Positions 26,727 through 36,830 of a stretch of 41,455 bases of DNA are shown piece by piece (within the stretch, counting starts at the first letter, position 1; every line of letters starts with the position of its first letter). Made by a program: the position numbers and the translations under genes. The stretch lies in sequence record SRR31156797_4116; one strand, written 5' to 3'. Below the pieces are notes generated by a model. It worked only from the letters and a program-made list of their open reading frames with translations, made no database searches and had not been told where the DNA came from.

Positions 26727-27899
26727 ATGAAGGAAAAATGGAAACTGCTGTTAATCATACTGATCTTCTGCGCGGCCTACTATGTGCCCTGGGCAAGTCC
26801 CGCGATTCGCCGATCAGGCCTGGAAGCCTTTATGATGCTCCAGGAATACGCCCGTGAACATGTCCTCACCTGCCTCATTCCCGCCTTTTTCATCGCGGGG
26901 GGGATTGCCGTATTCGTAAGTCAGGCTTCGGTACTCAAATACTTTGGCGCAACCGCCAAAAGAATTCTCTCCTATTCGGTGGCCTCGGTTTCGGGGACGG
27001 TCCTTGCCGTCTGTTCCTGTACTGTGCTACCCCTTTTTGCCGGGATCTATACGCGTGGCGCCGGCATCGGCCCGGCAACGGCGTTCCTCTATTCGGGTCC
27101 GGCCATCAACGTGTTGGCCATCGTGCTTACGGCCAGGATCCTGGGATGGGAGCTGGGGTTGGCCCGGGCCATGGGCGCGATTCTTTTTGCCGTCATTACC
27201 GGTCTGCTGATGGCCTTCATCTTCAGAAAAGACGATGCGGAGCGGGCTAAAGGGGAGATGTTCCTGCCGGAGGACGAGGGAACGGGCAGGACTCTTGCCC
27301 AGGACGCACTGTTCATGCTCACCATGGTGCTGATTCTGATCTTTGCCGCTTTTGCCAAACCGGCCGAAGGGTCCAGCGGGCTGTGGCCGGCCATATTCGC
27401 CGCCAAATGGTACATCACGGCGGGACTCCTGATTGTGTTGGGGTTCATGCTGAAGACATGGTTCATCAAGGAGGAACGTATCACCTGGGTCCAATCCACC
27501 TGGGGCTTCATGAAACAGATCTTTCCCCTTCTGGGTGCGGGCGTTCTCGTGGCGGGATTCATGCTGGGAAGGCCCGGACATGCCGCCCTGATTCCCGACC
27601 AGTATATCGCGGGGCTCGTGGGAGGGAACTCCCTGTGGGCAAACCTCTTTGCTTCGGTTTCAGGCGCTCTCATGTACTTTGCGACCCTCACGGAGGTGCC
27701 GATCCTTCAGGGGCTCATCGGAGCCGGCATGGGAAAAGGTCCGGCCTTGTCCCTGATGCTGGCGGGTCCGGCCCTGTCCCTCCCCAACATGTTGGTGATC
27801 GGAGGTGTCATGGGTGTTAAAAAGACAGCGGTTTTCTGCACGATCATCGTAATTCTGAGCACCATTGCGGGAATGACCTATGGGGTAATCGCCGGTTAA
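26727..27899 (+). CDS. arsP: ArsP/DUF318 family permease
   Basis: EHVLTCLIPAFFIAG, AVCSCTVLPLF, FLYSGPAIN, MYFATLTEVP, LAGPALSLP. Confidence 0.85.
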   Translation: MKEKWKLLLIILIFCAAYYVPWASPAIRRSGLEAFMMLQEYAREHVLTCLIPAFFIAGGIAVFVSQASVLKYFGATAKRILSYSVASVSGTVLAVCSCTVLPLFAGIYTRGAGIGPATAFLYSGPAINVLAIVLTARILGWELGLARAMGAILFAVITGLLMAFIFRKDDAERAKGEMFLPEDEGTGRTLAQDALFMLTMVLILIFAAFAKPAEGSSGLWPAIFAAKWYITAGLLIVLGFMLKTWFIKEERITWVQSTWGFMKQIFPLLGAGVLVAGFMLGRPGHAALIPDQYIAGLVGGNSLWANLFASVSGALMYFATLTEVPILQGLIGAGMGKGPALSLMLAGPALSLPNMLVIGGVMGVKKTAVFCTIIVILSTIAGMTYGVIAG

Positions 27900-27960
27900 A
27901 CCTCAATGGACCGTTCAGAAGAGGTAAAATTTATAGAGTCCTGAAAGCGGGAGAGGATAG

Positions 27961-28668
27961 ATGCTGGAATCATTTTTTCTGACCATAAATGCGTGGATTG
28001 CGAGCGGCACGGTCATCGCCGCATTAGGTTGTTTTATCTGGGGCATGATCAGCGTGGTGTTCAGCCCCTGTCACTTGGCGTCCATCCCTTTGATCGTCGC
28101 CTACGTGGGCGGGCAGGAGACGCTCCTGAAACCGAGACAGGCCGCCTACTATTCCGTGGCCTTTACCGCGGGGCTCTTTATCACCATCGCGCTCATGGGA
28201 ATCATCTGTGCCTTGTTGGGACGAATGCTGGGAGACGTGGGCAACTACTGGCAGATCCTCATTGGACTGGTTCTGGTCTGGGTCGCACTGGGCATGCTGG
28301 GCGTTCAGAAATGCTCCATGAGCGGGAATCTCCTCTACAAACTCAACTTTCGCGGCATGTTCGGCGCCCTGGCCCTGGGGCTTGCCTACGGGGTCCTTTC
28401 CGGTTCCTGCACCTTCGGGTTTATCGCGCCCATCCTTGCCATTGTAACGGTCCAGGAAAAAGTGGTCACGGGGCTCCTGTTCATTATCCTGTTTGCCATC
28501 GGCCATTGTCTGCCCATTGTGGTGGCGGGCAGCTCCACGGCAGCGGTAAAGCGCGTGATGGAAAGCAGCCGCTGGCAGGGGGCCGGCAACTGGTTTCGAA
28601 AAGGGGCCGTGGCTCTCATCGGAGTCTTAGGCCTGTATTTTATGGTAACCCCATTTCTTTCAATCTAA
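27961..28668 (+). CDS. ccdA: CcdA/DsbD-type transmembrane thiol-disulfide electron transporter
   Basis: FSPCHLASIPL and GSCTFGFIAP, six TM helices. Confidence 0.88.
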   Translation: MLESFFLTINAWIASGTVIAALGCFIWGMISVVFSPCHLASIPLIVAYVGGQETLLKPRQAAYYSVAFTAGLFITIALMGIICALLGRMLGDVGNYWQILIGLVLVWVALGMLGVQKCSMSGNLLYKLNFRGMFGALALGLAYGVLSGSCTFGFIAPILAIVTVQEKVVTGLLFIILFAIGHCLPIVVAGSSTAAVKRVMESSRWQGAGNWFRKGAVALIGVLGLYFMVTPFLSI

Positions 28669-28735
28669 GGTCTCGGAATGAAGAAGATATATCACAAAAT
28701 AAAAGGATTTGCCATGAAAACGGTCGATTTCATGG

Positions 28736-30823
28736 TCATTTTCCCTCTAAGACTTCCTTAAGTTTCTCCGCTAATGTTGCAAACGAAAACGGTTTTTGAA
28801 TAAAATCCCGAGCACCTGCATCCAGGATGTCTTGCGCAGGGCCTTCCACGGTGAATCCGCTGGAAACAATCACCTTAAGATTCGGGCGTGCTTTCATGAT
28901 AAGCGGATATATTTTTCCGCCTTCCATATCAGGCAGCTTTATATCCAATAGAGCAAGATCGATCCAGCCATCAAAGGTTTCGGTTAACCGAATGGCCTCC
29001 TTTCCGGTCTTGGCGACAACCACCCGGTAACCTAACAATCCTAACATCTTTTGAACAACTTCAACAACCACGTCTTCATCTTCAATGAGCAGGACCGTTC
29101 CTTTACCCTTGACAGGTTCAATCTTTGCCTTTTCCTCTTTTCTTTTTTCAACCGCCACTGACGGCAGGTAGATTTGGACCAAAGTGCCTTTGCTTAATTC
29201 AGAATCAACAGCTATCCAACCATCATGATTTCTAACAATTCCATACACAGCCGCCAACCCCATCCCGCGGCCTTGAAATTTAGTGGTAAAAAAGGGTTCA
29301 AATATCCTCGATTTTGTTTCTTCATCCATCCCCTTGCCGTCATCCTCGACAGTGAGACAAACATAGGGACCAGGCTTAAGATCTGGATGCTGTTTTGTGA
29401 AATTCACGTCGATATCTTTGCTTTCGGCAGTTATTCGGATAAGGCCCACACCTTCCATGGCCTCGTTTGAATTGGTCAATATGGCAGACAGGACCGTCTG
29501 CAGTTGAGTATGGTCGGCCTTAACGTACAAAATATCTTTTGGAAAAACCGTTTCCACCCTGACTTTATCGCCGAGACCATGTTGCAGGATTTGCACTGTT
29601 TCTTTGACAAAATCTTCCAAATTCAGATCTTTGGATCGATATTTCCCTCCCTGTGCATAAGCCAACAATTGGTCGGTCAAACGGGACATGCGATGACAGG
29701 CACGCTTCATTGTGCCAAAACATTTGGCTTGCTTCTCATCTTCGGGAAACTCCAATTTAAGGAGTTCAATATTCCCGACAATCCCCATCAGGGCGTTGTT
29801 AAATTCATGGGCCACACCACCGGCCAGAGTTGCTATCCCATCCATCTTCTTTGAGTGCTGCAATGCCGCTTCAAGTCGGAATCTATCCGTAATGTCATCG
29901 GTTATCTCAACAATTCCGACCATATTTCCATTTTCATCAAATACCGGCTCAACCCTAACATCCCATACACGTCCATTTGATAAATGTCGTATGGCTTGTA
30001 CCGGTTGCTTGTGTTTGAGGATTTCCGTTGCCGGACAGTCCCCACATGGCGCTATGGGATCATCCCCCCAAAATTCAAAACATTTATGCCCGACCACTTC
30101 TTCAAGGGATTTATTGATGGAAGCAAGACCGGCTTTGTTTATCCACATTATTTCACGATTTGCATTAACGAGTCTCACATTTGTTGTCATTCCATGAAGG
30201 ATGGCCTTTTTTTCCGCCTCGCTTTCCTTTAATTTCCTTTCCACCTGTTTACGCTCAATGATTTCCTGTTGAAGCTGTTGGTTGGTTTTCGTTAACGTCG
30301 CAGTGCGGTTTTTCACCAATTCGTCAAGATGGTCGCGATGTTTTCTGACCTCTATCTCTGAAGTCAACCGATCGGCGGTTGTGCCGATCAGGCGAGCGAT
30401 CGCCAAGTAGACATTGAGCAGTTCCTTGGGAATGGGTCCGGCGGTTCCATGACCCACCAGTATTACATGGGTAACCTGGTTTTTCTGTGTGATCGGCAAA
30501 AATGCCACGGAGATGGGATGGGGATTGAAAACAATCCGGGACGTGAGAAAGCTACTCTCCAGTACCTCAGCAATCGCTTTTTTTATCTCCGGCCCAAAAT
30601 TATTTTGCCCGGAAACTTGATTGGAGAATATCCAATGACGTTCTTCAATTTCCCCATCCGCCCGGCGGTTTCCCAAGGCACACAGATCGGCTCCGAAAAA
30701 ATTTACCAGTACTTTACTTGACTCACTCCAAATATTCTGCTGAATGGTAAGACCGGCAAGATACTGGGCTGTCTTCATAAAGGCATTCATGTAATCCCGT
30801 TGACCGGGCAATATTTTTTTCAT
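28736..30823 (-). CDS. Hybrid histidine kinase (GAF-like N-terminus, coiled coil, PAS, HisKA, HATPase, receiver)
   Basis: GGVAHEFNN, EDDGKGM, EPFFTTKFQGRGMGL, LLIEDE, LLDIKLP, FIQKP. Confidence 0.93.
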   Translation of the reverse strand: MKKILPGQRDYMNAFMKTAQYLAGLTIQQNIWSESSKVLVNFFGADLCALGNRRADGEIEERHWIFSNQVSGQNNFGPEIKKAIAEVLESSFLTSRIVFNPHPISVAFLPITQKNQVTHVILVGHGTAGPIPKELLNVYLAIARLIGTTADRLTSEIEVRKHRDHLDELVKNRTATLTKTNQQLQQEIIERKQVERKLKESEAEKKAILHGMTTNVRLVNANREIMWINKAGLASINKSLEEVVGHKCFEFWGDDPIAPCGDCPATEILKHKQPVQAIRHLSNGRVWDVRVEPVFDENGNMVGIVEITDDITDRFRLEAALQHSKKMDGIATLAGGVAHEFNNALMGIVGNIELLKLEFPEDEKQAKCFGTMKRACHRMSRLTDQLLAYAQGGKYRSKDLNLEDFVKETVQILQHGLGDKVRVETVFPKDILYVKADHTQLQTVLSAILTNSNEAMEGVGLIRITAESKDIDVNFTKQHPDLKPGPYVCLTVEDDGKGMDEETKSRIFEPFFTTKFQGRGMGLAAVYGIVRNHDGWIAVDSELSKGTLVQIYLPSVAVEKRKEEKAKIEPVKGKGTVLLIEDEDVVVEVVQKMLGLLGYRVVVAKTGKEAIRLTETFDGWIDLALLDIKLPDMEGGKIYPLIMKARPNLKVIVSSGFTVEGPAQDILDAGARDFIQKPFSFATLAEKLKEVLEGK

Positions 30824-30835
30824 CGCTCTCTTTTT

Positions 30836-32434
30836 TCACATGGGTTGAAGATACAGATTTTCAAAGAAAATATCGTCAAAATCATGACATTGCGACAGAT
30901 TAACAATTTCCGTCTTGTTTCCGAGATTTTTCAAACAATTAACGGCATCAGGCGATAGAAGCATGTCCTCACACCCGGCCAAGGCTGTGTTTCCACAAAG
31001 TTCAACAAGATCCGGATCAATCATGGGCAATAACCCAATCGCCTGAGCATTTGCAACATTCAGGAAACGGCCAAAAGTTCCGCCAACGCAAATGCGCCGT
31101 AAATTTTCACACCGCATACCTGCCTGCGCCAACAAAATTTGTATACCCGCGCCAATGGCAGCCTTGGCGCGCTGAAATACGTCCACGTCCCGTTTGGTTA
31201 AAATGATGTTCCGGTCGTCCCGCAGGAGCGAAAATCCTTCTTTGGGAATTGTTGGCGAAAAGCGTCCCAGGTTGGTCAGGCTGCCGTTTCCGAGCAAGCC
31301 GGCAATGAGATCCACCAAGCCTGATCCACATAATCCGTAAGGCTTACTGCCTGAGATGATTGAATAATTAAATATCCCATCCTTCAAGCGGACGGCATAG
31401 ATGGCCCCTGGTTCCACCGGCAGTCCGCAGCCGATGCCACACCCCTCAAATGCAGGGCCGCCGGCTGCGGAAGTGGCCCGCAAAACCTGTCCGTCCCACA
31501 ATGCGATCTCCGAATTAGTGCCGAAATCAATAAAAAGGCTGCCACCCCCGTTTTCCGTCAGATGCGTGGTCATAACACCTGCAAGCAGATCGGAACCGAC
31601 AAACCCCGCCAAGGGTGGTATCACCTCTATCCCCGCCTGGGGATGGAGGCCCCAGGATTCGGCCCAGGATTCAGTATCCGTCGGTAGGCAATCAATGGCA
31701 CTCATCCAGTGGCTCGGTTGAAGCAGCAATCCATGATTTCTTCCTGATAACAACGCCAGCATTGCCGTATTTCCAACCAGAATCAGACGTACCACTTGCT
31801 GAAGATTCATCCCTTCCCTGGTGGCCATATCCATAAGCCCCTCTTCAATGGCTTTGAATGCCCGTTGGCCCAGAATCCGCGCTTGCTCGTGGGATTCGGA
31901 GGCAGCCACCAACCGTGTCATCACATCCGAACCAAAGTCCATTTGAGGATTAAGGGCATAACGGCCTCCCAGGCATTGACCGCTATACAGTTCATGGAGA
32001 GAAAGATTTACATGGGTCGTTCCCAGATCCACCGCCACACCGTAGGGATTTTCCATGGGCCATGGCATCTCTTTTAAGGAAAAACCGGAAGACCGCCTGA
32101 TACGCCGTATCTCCCCATGGGAAAAGCTTTTCCAGCCTGATTCCCGGGCGGGTGCAAGGATCACCATTTGAAAATCCTGCGCTGCCGTTGCCTGGCATGC
32201 CAGGCGTATTCCTTTGGCAAGTTGTGTGCTACCCAGGTGCATTTGTTCATTTGGCGTAGGTTCACTCACCTTTCCCGCTTCAATTCGGACACGGCACAGG
32301 CCGCAGGCTCCCTGCCCTCTGCACCCTGATCGAACCCCAACATCGGCCGCATCCAGGATATCACGGAGGGGCTGGCCGGAAATAAAAGGGATACGACGCG
32401 CCCCTTCTTCCGATATAACGGTTAGCTCCGGCAT
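30836..32434 (-). CDS. Corrinoid reductive activator (RACo/RamA-like; 2Fe-2S + ASKHA ATPase)
   Basis: CRGQGACGLC...RLACQ; VDLGTT, GSDVMTR, GFVGSD, IDFGTNSE, AAGGPAFEG, GLCGSG. Confidence 0.9.
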   Translation of the reverse strand: MPELTVISEEGARRIPFISGQPLRDILDAADVGVRSGCRGQGACGLCRVRIEAGKVSEPTPNEQMHLGSTQLAKGIRLACQATAAQDFQMVILAPARESGWKSFSHGEIRRIRRSSGFSLKEMPWPMENPYGVAVDLGTTHVNLSLHELYSGQCLGGRYALNPQMDFGSDVMTRLVAASESHEQARILGQRAFKAIEEGLMDMATREGMNLQQVVRLILVGNTAMLALLSGRNHGLLLQPSHWMSAIDCLPTDTESWAESWGLHPQAGIEVIPPLAGFVGSDLLAGVMTTHLTENGGGSLFIDFGTNSEIALWDGQVLRATSAAGGPAFEGCGIGCGLPVEPGAIYAVRLKDGIFNYSIISGSKPYGLCGSGLVDLIAGLLGNGSLTNLGRFSPTIPKEGFSLLRDDRNIILTKRDVDVFQRAKAAIGAGIQILLAQAGMRCENLRRICVGGTFGRFLNVANAQAIGLLPMIDPDLVELCGNTALAGCEDMLLSPDAVNCLKNLGNKTEIVNLSQCHDFDDIFFENLYLQPM

Positions 32435-32438
32435 AAGG

Positions 32439-33452
32439 TTATCCCTTCCTACGTGCGGCGGAGACCATGGCAGCTATGTTTTCCGGTTTTGACTCCGGTG
32501 GAATTTCGCATCCGGATGAAAGGATAAAACCGCCACGATTAGCGAACCGGTCCAGCAACCTGGACGACGCATCCGCAATGGCTTCAGGCGTTTCGTCAAC
32601 AAATGAGAGGGGTTTGATGTTGCCGCTGAGGCAGATTTGCGGGATTGCCTGAAGAGCATCCAAAGGGTCGACACAATAATCAAAATTGGCGATATCCACT
32701 CCGGCCCGGGGGTAGAAAGGCAACACAGGCGCAATTGGGCCGGCAGTATGAAGCCAGTTGGCGACAGCTCCCGTTTGCTTAAAGGCTTTAAATAGCTGTT
32801 GGAGGCGAGGGAGAACAAATTCGCGGTAGAACTGCGGCGGAATGACGGCAGGGGAAGAAGACGGATCGAATACAATGGGAAGATGCGCTCCCGTCTCTAT
32901 CTGCGCTATTCCGAACCGAATGACCACCTTGGTGGCAAAATCCAGGAGACCGGCAAATCGCTCAGGCTCATCAATGGCAAGGTAGAGGGCTGTTTCCATA
33001 CCCAGCAATTGGGTTGTCAGGGTCATCGGCCCCGTCACACAACCGACCACCAGCACATCATCCCCCACCGCCTGCCGTAAGCGTTTCACCGCTTTGAGAA
33101 GCTCAGGCATGCGAGCGGCCTGACGAGGATTGGGCGTCGAAAGGCCCTCAATGTCTGCGCCGCCGGAAAGTGCATGGGATTTGATATCCGGGTACTGGTT
33201 TGCTCGATAGTTCAGATTGGAGCCCACTGCCTCAGTTTCAACGCTCACATCCATTAAAGCAAAGACGGCATCGTAATCATAACGTTTCAGGGCCTGTATC
33301 TGGCAGCGTGCCAGCAAATCGCCATCCTGAACATAGTCCCCCAGGGCGACCCCGGCAAGGGTGGCGGCATGACCGAAAACCTGGGCGATCACCGGCACTC
33401 TGTCGGGTGTCTTGAAATTCACGGCGGCCTTAACCCGTTCAATGCTTTTCAT
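32439..33452 (-). CDS. Uroporphyrinogen-decarboxylase-fold (MtaA/CmuA-like) methyltransferase
   Basis: PDRVPV, VETEAVG, GPMTL, FDPSSS, GNIKP, FILSSGCEIP; start 33452 has a GGAG SD. Confidence 0.88.
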   Translation of the reverse strand: MKSIERVKAAVNFKTPDRVPVIAQVFGHAATLAGVALGDYVQDGDLLARCQIQALKRYDYDAVFALMDVSVETEAVGSNLNYRANQYPDIKSHALSGGADIEGLSTPNPRQAARMPELLKAVKRLRQAVGDDVLVVGCVTGPMTLTTQLLGMETALYLAIDEPERFAGLLDFATKVVIRFGIAQIETGAHLPIVFDPSSSPAVIPPQFYREFVLPRLQQLFKAFKQTGAVANWLHTAGPIAPVLPFYPRAGVDIANFDYCVDPLDALQAIPQICLSGNIKPLSFVDETPEAIADASSRLLDRFANRGGFILSSGCEIPPESKPENIAAMVSAARRKG

Positions 33453-34089
33453 TGCCATCTCCTGTAATTTGTTCGAGATAGCCTGCACCGTCGAAAGCGG
33501 TCTCGGCTAGGAAATCAACGTTTAGGGTCGCGGCGGAAGCTTGCTTTAGCGCCGCGCCGCCAGCCACTATTCTGATATGATCGAGCCCCCGCCCGGCCAG
33601 TCTTTCCCTCAACATGCGTACTTGAGGATTTACCGAGGTGATGAGGCCGCTGACCCCGATGGCCAGGGCCCCTTCCCGTTCTGCCGTATCGACCAGCCTT
33701 TCGACGGGACAATCCCTGCCGCAGTCCGAAACCCGGTATCCTTTTGCCGTCAAAACCATCTTGACTATGTTCTTGCCCAAGTCATGGATATCACCCTCCA
33801 GGCTCCCAAGGACAACGGCGCCCTTTGTGTCGGGTGAAGGGGCCCCCGGCGGATAAAGCGCTTTCATAACACCCATAACCGCGCGCCCGGAAAGCATAAT
33901 TTCCAGCAAGTTGAACTGCTCGACAGTGCATTTGGCATCCAACCGGGTCATTGCCGCTTCCACCCCCTCAATAATGATTTGCCTATGTTCCATACCGAGG
34001 TCAAGAAGATTCCTGGCTGCGGTGACTGCCTGAACCTGATCGCCATCAAACAAAGCCTTTACCAACAAATTCATGGTGGGATTCCCCAT
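33439..34089 (-). CDS. Corrinoid (cobalamin-binding) protein
   Basis: DxHxxG motif GDIHDLGKNIV, VSGLIT, VAGGAA; ATG 34089 with GGAGG SD. Confidence 0.92.
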   Translation of the reverse strand: MGNPTMNLLVKALFDGDQVQAVTAARNLLDLGMEHRQIIIEGVEAAMTRLDAKCTVEQFNLLEIMLSGRAVMGVMKALYPPGAPSPDTKGAVVLGSLEGDIHDLGKNIVKMVLTAKGYRVSDCGRDCPVERLVDTAEREGALAIGVSGLITSVNPQVRMLRERLAGRGLDHIRIVAGGAALKQASAATLNVDFLAETAFDGAGYLEQITGDGNEKH

Positions 34090-34223
34090 TATTTCCTCCC
34101 GCTTTTTGAGGGTGGTGACATGATCCCATAACAATCGGATGGACAGAGGGTACCACAAATCCATCCCCCGTCAAGATCCGAATTGAGGCGACAGCACTTC
34201 TCATTACAAATTCAATAAGTTTT

Positions 34224-34245
34224 GAAAAAAACATGGCGTCATGTT
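34224..34245 (-). terminator. Possible weak terminator after the ABC operon
   Basis: Minus strand AACATG-ACGC-CATGTT followed by a T-run. Confidence 0.35.
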
Positions 34246-34337
34246 GACGAAAAACCCGTCCATGGCGAAAGCAAACAGGCCGGCACGCGCCGGATCGATG
34301 GGTCTGAAATGTTGAATTGTCAGGGTAAAAAGAGAGA

Positions 34338-35075
34338 TTAGAGCCCCAGAAATGCCGAACGAAAGAGGTCGCTGTCAAGAAGTTCCCGGCCGGTCCCCTC
34401 GCCCGTGATCCTACCCGTTTGAAGAATATAGCCGCGGTCAGCCAGATCCAGGGCCTCCCGGACGTTTTGTTCTACCAGCAGAATGGTGATCCCCTCCTCT
34501 TTGAGGCGCCTCACCGTATCCAGGACTTCATCCACCAAGATGGGAGCCAGTCCCAGGGACGGTTCATCCAGCATGAGGATCCGGGGATTGCTCATGAGCC
34601 CCCTGCCGATGGCCACCATCTGCTGCTCACCCCCTGAAAGGGTTGAAGCAGCCTGGTTCCGACGTTCTTTCAACCGGGGGAAAAGGGTGTAGATCATGCC
34701 GATATTTTCCTGAATCTTTTTTTTGCTGTTTAAAACATATGCGCCCAAAGACAGGTTTTCTTCCACGCTCAACGGTTTAAAGAGCATCTTTTCTTCCGGC
34801 ACATAGATGATTCCCATGCGGACGATTTCTTCCGTGCGGAGCTTCTGAATTTCAGTTCCTTGAAACTTGATGATTCCTTCAAAAACGCGCTGGCTTCCCA
34901 TGATGGCGCGAAGCAATGTTGACTTCCCCGATCCATTGGCACCCACCACACAGACCGTCTCTCCCGGCTTCACACTCACGGATACACCCTGCAGCACGGG
35001 GAGGCCGGAATAACGGACCTTGATGTTTTCCACTTCAAGAATGTAGCGGCTCATGGATTGATCTCGCTCCACCAT
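34338..35075 (-). CDS. livF: Branched-chain amino acid-type ABC transporter ATP-binding subunit
   Basis: GANGSGKS, LSGGEQQM, LMLDEPSLGLAP, LLVEQN. Confidence 0.93.
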   Translation of the reverse strand: MVERDQSMSRYILEVENIKVRYSGLPVLQGVSVSVKPGETVCVVGANGSGKSTLLRAIMGSQRVFEGIIKFQGTEIQKLRTEEIVRMGIIYVPEEKMLFKPLSVEENLSLGAYVLNSKKKIQENIGMIYTLFPRLKERRNQAASTLSGGEQQMVAIGRGLMSNPRILMLDEPSLGLAPILVDEVLDTVRRLKEEGITILLVEQNVREALDLADRGYILQTGRITGEGTGRELLDSDLFRSAFLGL

Positions 35076-35819
35076 TTAGGAATTCAAGCCCTGGGCTTCG
35101 GCATACCGTTCTCCCAGATACGCCTTAATAACCCGCGGGTCTCTTGAAACCGTATCGGGATCTCCTTCGGCGATCTTTTCGCCGTAGTCCAGAACGATCA
35201 GCTTGTGGCTCACATTCATGACCAGTTCCATGACATGTTCAATTAAAATGACCGTAATGCCCATCCGGTCATGCACATGCCGTATGCTGGCCATGATCTC
35301 CTCTATCTCACTGGGGTTTAATCCGGCCGCAACTTCGTCCAGGAGAAGCAATTTCGGCCCGGAACCGATGGCCGTTGCCATGGTCACCCGTTTCTGGGCC
35401 GCCACGGGAAGTTCGCTCACCAGGGCATGGGAAAGATCTTCAATGGCCAGATCTTTTAAAACCCCCATGGCTTTTTGCCTGGCACGCGTTCGGGATCGGG
35501 TTCCCATGAAACACCCCACCATGACATTTTCAAGAACCGTTAAATCCCCCGCGGCCACATACACCTGAAAAGTTCGCGCCAGACCCCGGCGCGCCACTTC
35601 GTGAGCTTTGAGGGCGGTAATATCCTCCCCGTCAAAGATAATTCCGCCGGAGGTGAGGGTGTGAAGTCCTGAAATACAATTAAAAAGGGTGGTCTTTCCG
35701 GCGCCGTTGGGTCCGATGAGGCCGATCAACTCCCCCCGCTCAACCGAAAAGGAGATATCGTTGTTGGCCCGGAGCCCCCCGAAATCCTTGACCAGGTTAT
35801 GAACTTCCAGAAATGCCAT
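35076..35819 (-). CDS. livG: Branched-chain amino acid-type ABC transporter ATP-binding subunit
   Basis: FGGL, GPNGAGKTT, ARTFQ, LLLDEVAAGLN, IEHVM, VIKAYLG. Confidence 0.93.
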   Translation of the reverse strand: MAFLEVHNLVKDFGGLRANNDISFSVERGELIGLIGPNGAGKTTLFNCISGLHTLTSGGIIFDGEDITALKAHEVARRGLARTFQVYVAAGDLTVLENVMVGCFMGTRSRTRARQKAMGVLKDLAIEDLSHALVSELPVAAQKRVTMATAIGSGPKLLLLDEVAAGLNPSEIEEIMASIRHVHDRMGITVILIEHVMELVMNVSHKLIVLDYGEKIAEGDPDTVSRDPRVIKAYLGERYAEAQGLNS

Positions 35820-35822
35820 TGT

Positions 35823-36830
35823 CTACTTTCGTCTCTTTCGTCTGATTTTTTCAACAATGCCCCATACACCTCTCGGTTCAAAGGCGGAGATGAGCATGAT
35901 AATGATGGCGTAAAGGATCAGGTCGATCCCCACCAGCCCCGCCTGGGCCCCCAGCCATTCCTTGAGATAGCTTTTCAGCGGAATCAGGATACCGGCTCCG
36001 ATGATGGGCCCCCACAAAGAACCGGCGCCCCCCAGCATGGCCATGAGGGCGATGAGGATGGAGATGTCCAGGCTCATGGTGTCTTCGGGCTCGATGTTTT
36101 TCACATAACAGGCATGAAACGACCCCACCATGCTGACAAATGCCGTGGCAATGGCATAGGTCTTGATTTTGGCCCAGTGAACATTAATGCCCAGGGATCG
36201 GGCCACGTCCTCGTTGTCCTTGATGGAACGAAGCTGAAATCCCAGTCTCGATTTGCGAAACCAGTTGATGTAGAGGATGCCCAGGAAGAAAAACCCCAGA
36301 ATCACGTAAAAATAGTAGATATCATCCCTGAAGAGAAGGCGCATAAAATCGGGGGGAGGGAATTCTATGGGTGAAATTTCAATGCCCCTGGAAGCCCCCA
36401 CAAAGTCCCAAACCTCAAAAAGGTCCTTTAACACCAGGGAGGTGGCGATGGTGGCGATGGCAAAATAGTGCCCCTTGAGACGGAACAAAGGATAACCGAT
36501 GATAAAGGACCACCCCACGGAAAGGCACATGCCGATGGGCATGGAGACCCAGAACGGCACGTCCCAGCGAATGAGCATCACCGCCGTTGTATAGGCGCCG
36601 ATGCCCACGTACTGGGCTTTTCCCAGATCCACCTGACCGCCGTAACCGCCGATGGTGTTCCACCCCATGCCGTAGAGGGAAAACATGAGGAACTGGATCA
36701 TGGTACTCATGGCAAAAGAGGAATGGGGGAACAGGGGAAAAGCGATAACGGCCAGGCCCACGGCACCCGCCACGATCAGGTCGATGCGGGGAGAATCCGA
36801 AAAATCGAGGGCATTCTTTATTGCTTCCAT
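35823..36830 (-). CDS. livM: HAAT ABC transporter permease
   Basis: WNTIGGYGGQ, RLKGHYFAIAT, LGGAGSLWGP; start at MEAIK (36830). Confidence 0.9.
   Translation of the reverse strand: MEAIKNALDFSDSPRIDLIVAGAVGLAVIAFPLFPHSSFAMSTMIQFLMFSLYGMGWNTIGGYGGQVDLGKAQYVGIGAYTTAVMLIRWDVPFWVSMPIGMCLSVGWSFIIGYPLFRLKGHYFAIATIATSLVLKDLFEVWDFVGASRGIEISPIEFPPPDFMRLLFRDDIYYFYVILGFFFLGILYINWFRKSRLGFQLRSIKDNEDVARSLGINVHWAKIKTYAIATAFVSMVGSFHACYVKNIEPEDTMSLDISILIALMAMLGGAGSLWGPIIGAGILIPLKSYLKEWLGAQAGLVGIDLILYAIIIMLISAFEPRGVWGIVEKIRRKRRK

Noticed and set aside
34090-34337. Cobalamin riboswitch upstream of the corrinoid gene
   Set aside because: No B12-box or other conserved elements could be found by eye; only short hairpins are present.
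28669-34337. Mobile element carrying the corrinoid/kinase module
   Set aside because: Apart from an apparent AT-richer composition, no integrase, transposase, tRNA target or terminal repeats were seen.
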